Assembly (NCBI GenBank): GCA_907165135.1
Contig: OU015569.1
Location: 1,240,001 to 1,304,000 of the forward strand
Reading direction: 5' to 3'
Length of the DNA: 64,000 nucleotides
DNA from: Oikopleura dioica
Lineage: Eukaryota; Animalia; Chordata
Shown: piece by piece, positions 62,163 to 64,000 of the stretch
Layout: every line of letters begins with the position of its first letter
How positions within the stretch are numbered: the first letter of the stretch is position 1
Position numbers and translations under genes: made by a program
Notes under the pieces: generated by a model
Database searches by the model: none
The model's input: only the letters and a program-made list of their open reading frames with translations
What the model was told of the DNA's origin: nothing

Positions 62163-64000
62163 CTAAAATGTAAGCAGCCAGTTGACGCGATCTAATCCAT
62201 ATCCGAGATAGTCCATGTCTTTTCGGTAATACTCCAGGATGTTGTTTAGCACATTTTCATCTGCATCCTTGTAGAAAGCGCCTACAGCAGCAGGATTGCT
62301 TGCAAATGATCCATCAGCTTCGTTTCGATGTTCTACAATCCGTTAGCTCATTTTATCCCTTTTCTTTCAAACCTAGCGAGTCGTCTTCTTTCCCAATCAG
62401 ACTAAGAATTCCTTGCGAGTCTTCTTCACTAGTTTCAGCTTTGATGATGTAGTCGTACTGACGCAAGCACAATCCGCACTTGGAGTAGATTGGGACGAAA
62501 TGAGTGTTGATCAGTTTTGGGTACCGCCTAAATTGAGTGTGATTCCAATGAATTCAGAAGACAAAACAGTATCTTAGACGCCGGGGTGGCACGCGAACGA
62601 AGTGGTATCATCGGAAAATATAAATAATCAACACAACCCTTTCATTGCTAATTCAAAACTCACTTGGTAGCAGTGCCCATGAATTTGAGAAAGTCAGGCC
62701 AGGAGATCACATGGCTGGAGTCTGCTCCATCTTTGGCGAAGTACTTCAGCTTCATGGAGGAGAAGACCGTCATCGCCATCGGGCCACCCTTCCGTAAATT
62801 TCTGAATATGAAAATTAGACAGAGAATTTCTCATTAAGAAATTAGCTGAAATTAAGCGGCTTAATTCATTAGCATAAGAGCAGCTACTCAGCACGTGGTG
62901 CTTATAAAATCTTTCATAAGAGTCTAAAACGACACATCTTCGTTTAGATATAATTATTTGTGCCTAACGAAGATCGTATAGAAAAAAGGATGAAGGAAAA
63001 AGTCCTTGCACAAACCTGTTCCAGCCCGAGTAAAGCCGCGCCAAAGGATGCCTAACAGTAACAAAGCGAATCCAGCTAGGATCGTTCATCGCTTCACTCC
63101 AGACCTTGTCGGCGATGGTCGCTGCGAATTTGAAGTTCTTGGCGTACGCTTCAGAAGGAACAAACGCATTATCCGGCTCGCGCAATTCCCAAAAGACCTT
63201 GTGCCATGAGCTCGAGCCCGACTTCTCGACCAAGCAGCCGAGCAGTTTGCGTGAAGGATCAGCCATCACGTGGGAGATTTGGTTCGTCGGCCAGTAGTTG
63301 AATTTAGTACAGTCGCCGACAGAGCGGAATTGTTGGTCCCCTGAATTGATCTATTTATGAATCCAATCAAAAAATTACCACAAAAATGAAGCCATTATCA
63401 ATTGTAAAAAGATTTATTATTAACAATTCATCAAAAAAAGTTATTCATGTGATAACACAGTGATAAAAATTTTGATACAAGAATTAAAGGGAGCCTAATG
63501 AAGTGTAACACCAAAAAAAGGGAAAGGATAAAGTTTCATTTTAAAACTTCATAACATAATACAGTTGTATGAAAAATGTGGAAAACCAACGACATTTATC
63601 TTGAAATCTCGCCGAAAGAGGGCGCAACATTTCTAGCCGAGAAACTCAGCGGGAGTTTTAAAATCGACGGATCTGCGATAGCGATCACTAAGCCATAAAA
63701 ATGTGTAACTAACCCTGTTTATCGCAAGAAAGCAGCAGATGTCCCCTTCTTGCTTCCATCTTCTGCTCCAACTTGGGAAACTTTCCGAGCGAGAGCTTCC
63801 TTCTCTCCGGCTTCTCTAAATGGCATTTCTCCGCCTGGCTTATTTCCGAAGTGACTCCATTTTTGCTGGTGAGTTTGAACGTCTTCTCCAGAGCTTCTTT
63901 GATTTCAAATCTGAGTTTTCCTGGCGGCGACAGAACTCTCGGCTCCAAGTTCTCTACGTAAACCGTGTGCACGAAAACTCCGAGAATAATGAAAAACGCT
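62163..64000 (-). CDS. Golgi carbohydrate sulfotransferase (CHST/HNK-1ST-like); start lies beyond the window
   Basis: TM anchor FFIILGVFV, 5'-PSB-like CLVEKSGSSSW, 3'-PB FVTVRHPLARLYSGW, SWPDFLKF, HFVPIYSKCGLC..YDYIIKAET. Confidence 0.88.

Overview
Compact, intron-rich eukaryotic DNA, most likely the larvacean tunicate Oikopleura (inference). The evidence is 40-50 bp introns, frequent GA-AG/GC-AG introns, splice acceptors sitting right before start codons, and cellulose/house-type genes. About 20 protein genes can be built by hand: MRPS10, RPL7A, a class A GPCR, an oikosin-like secreted protein, a modular GH9 cellulase, DLGAP5/HURP, CSRNP, MFSD11, a BTB-CCCH protein, SLC36, RTEL1, a Rho GTPase, FKBP6/shutdown, a Rad21/Rec8 kleisin, a kinase, a carbohydrate sulfotransferase and several hypotheticals. 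There is also a full-length, very young Ty3/gypsy LTR retrotransposon (29077-35565) and five or six non-autonomous DNA transposons. The main discovery is that three different hAT-type MITEs (CAGGG termini, 7-8 bp target duplications) lie inside coding exons of the GPCR, FKBP6 and the kleisin. In each, the TIR/TSD junction offers a splice donor and an AG in the duplicated target offers an acceptor that restores the reading frame (GT-AG +2 aa, GC-AG exact, GG-AG +3 aa), which looks like transposon-driven intron gain in progress. Splicing is predicted from sequence only, not observed. Three single-base frameshifts in short A/T runs are probably assembly errors.
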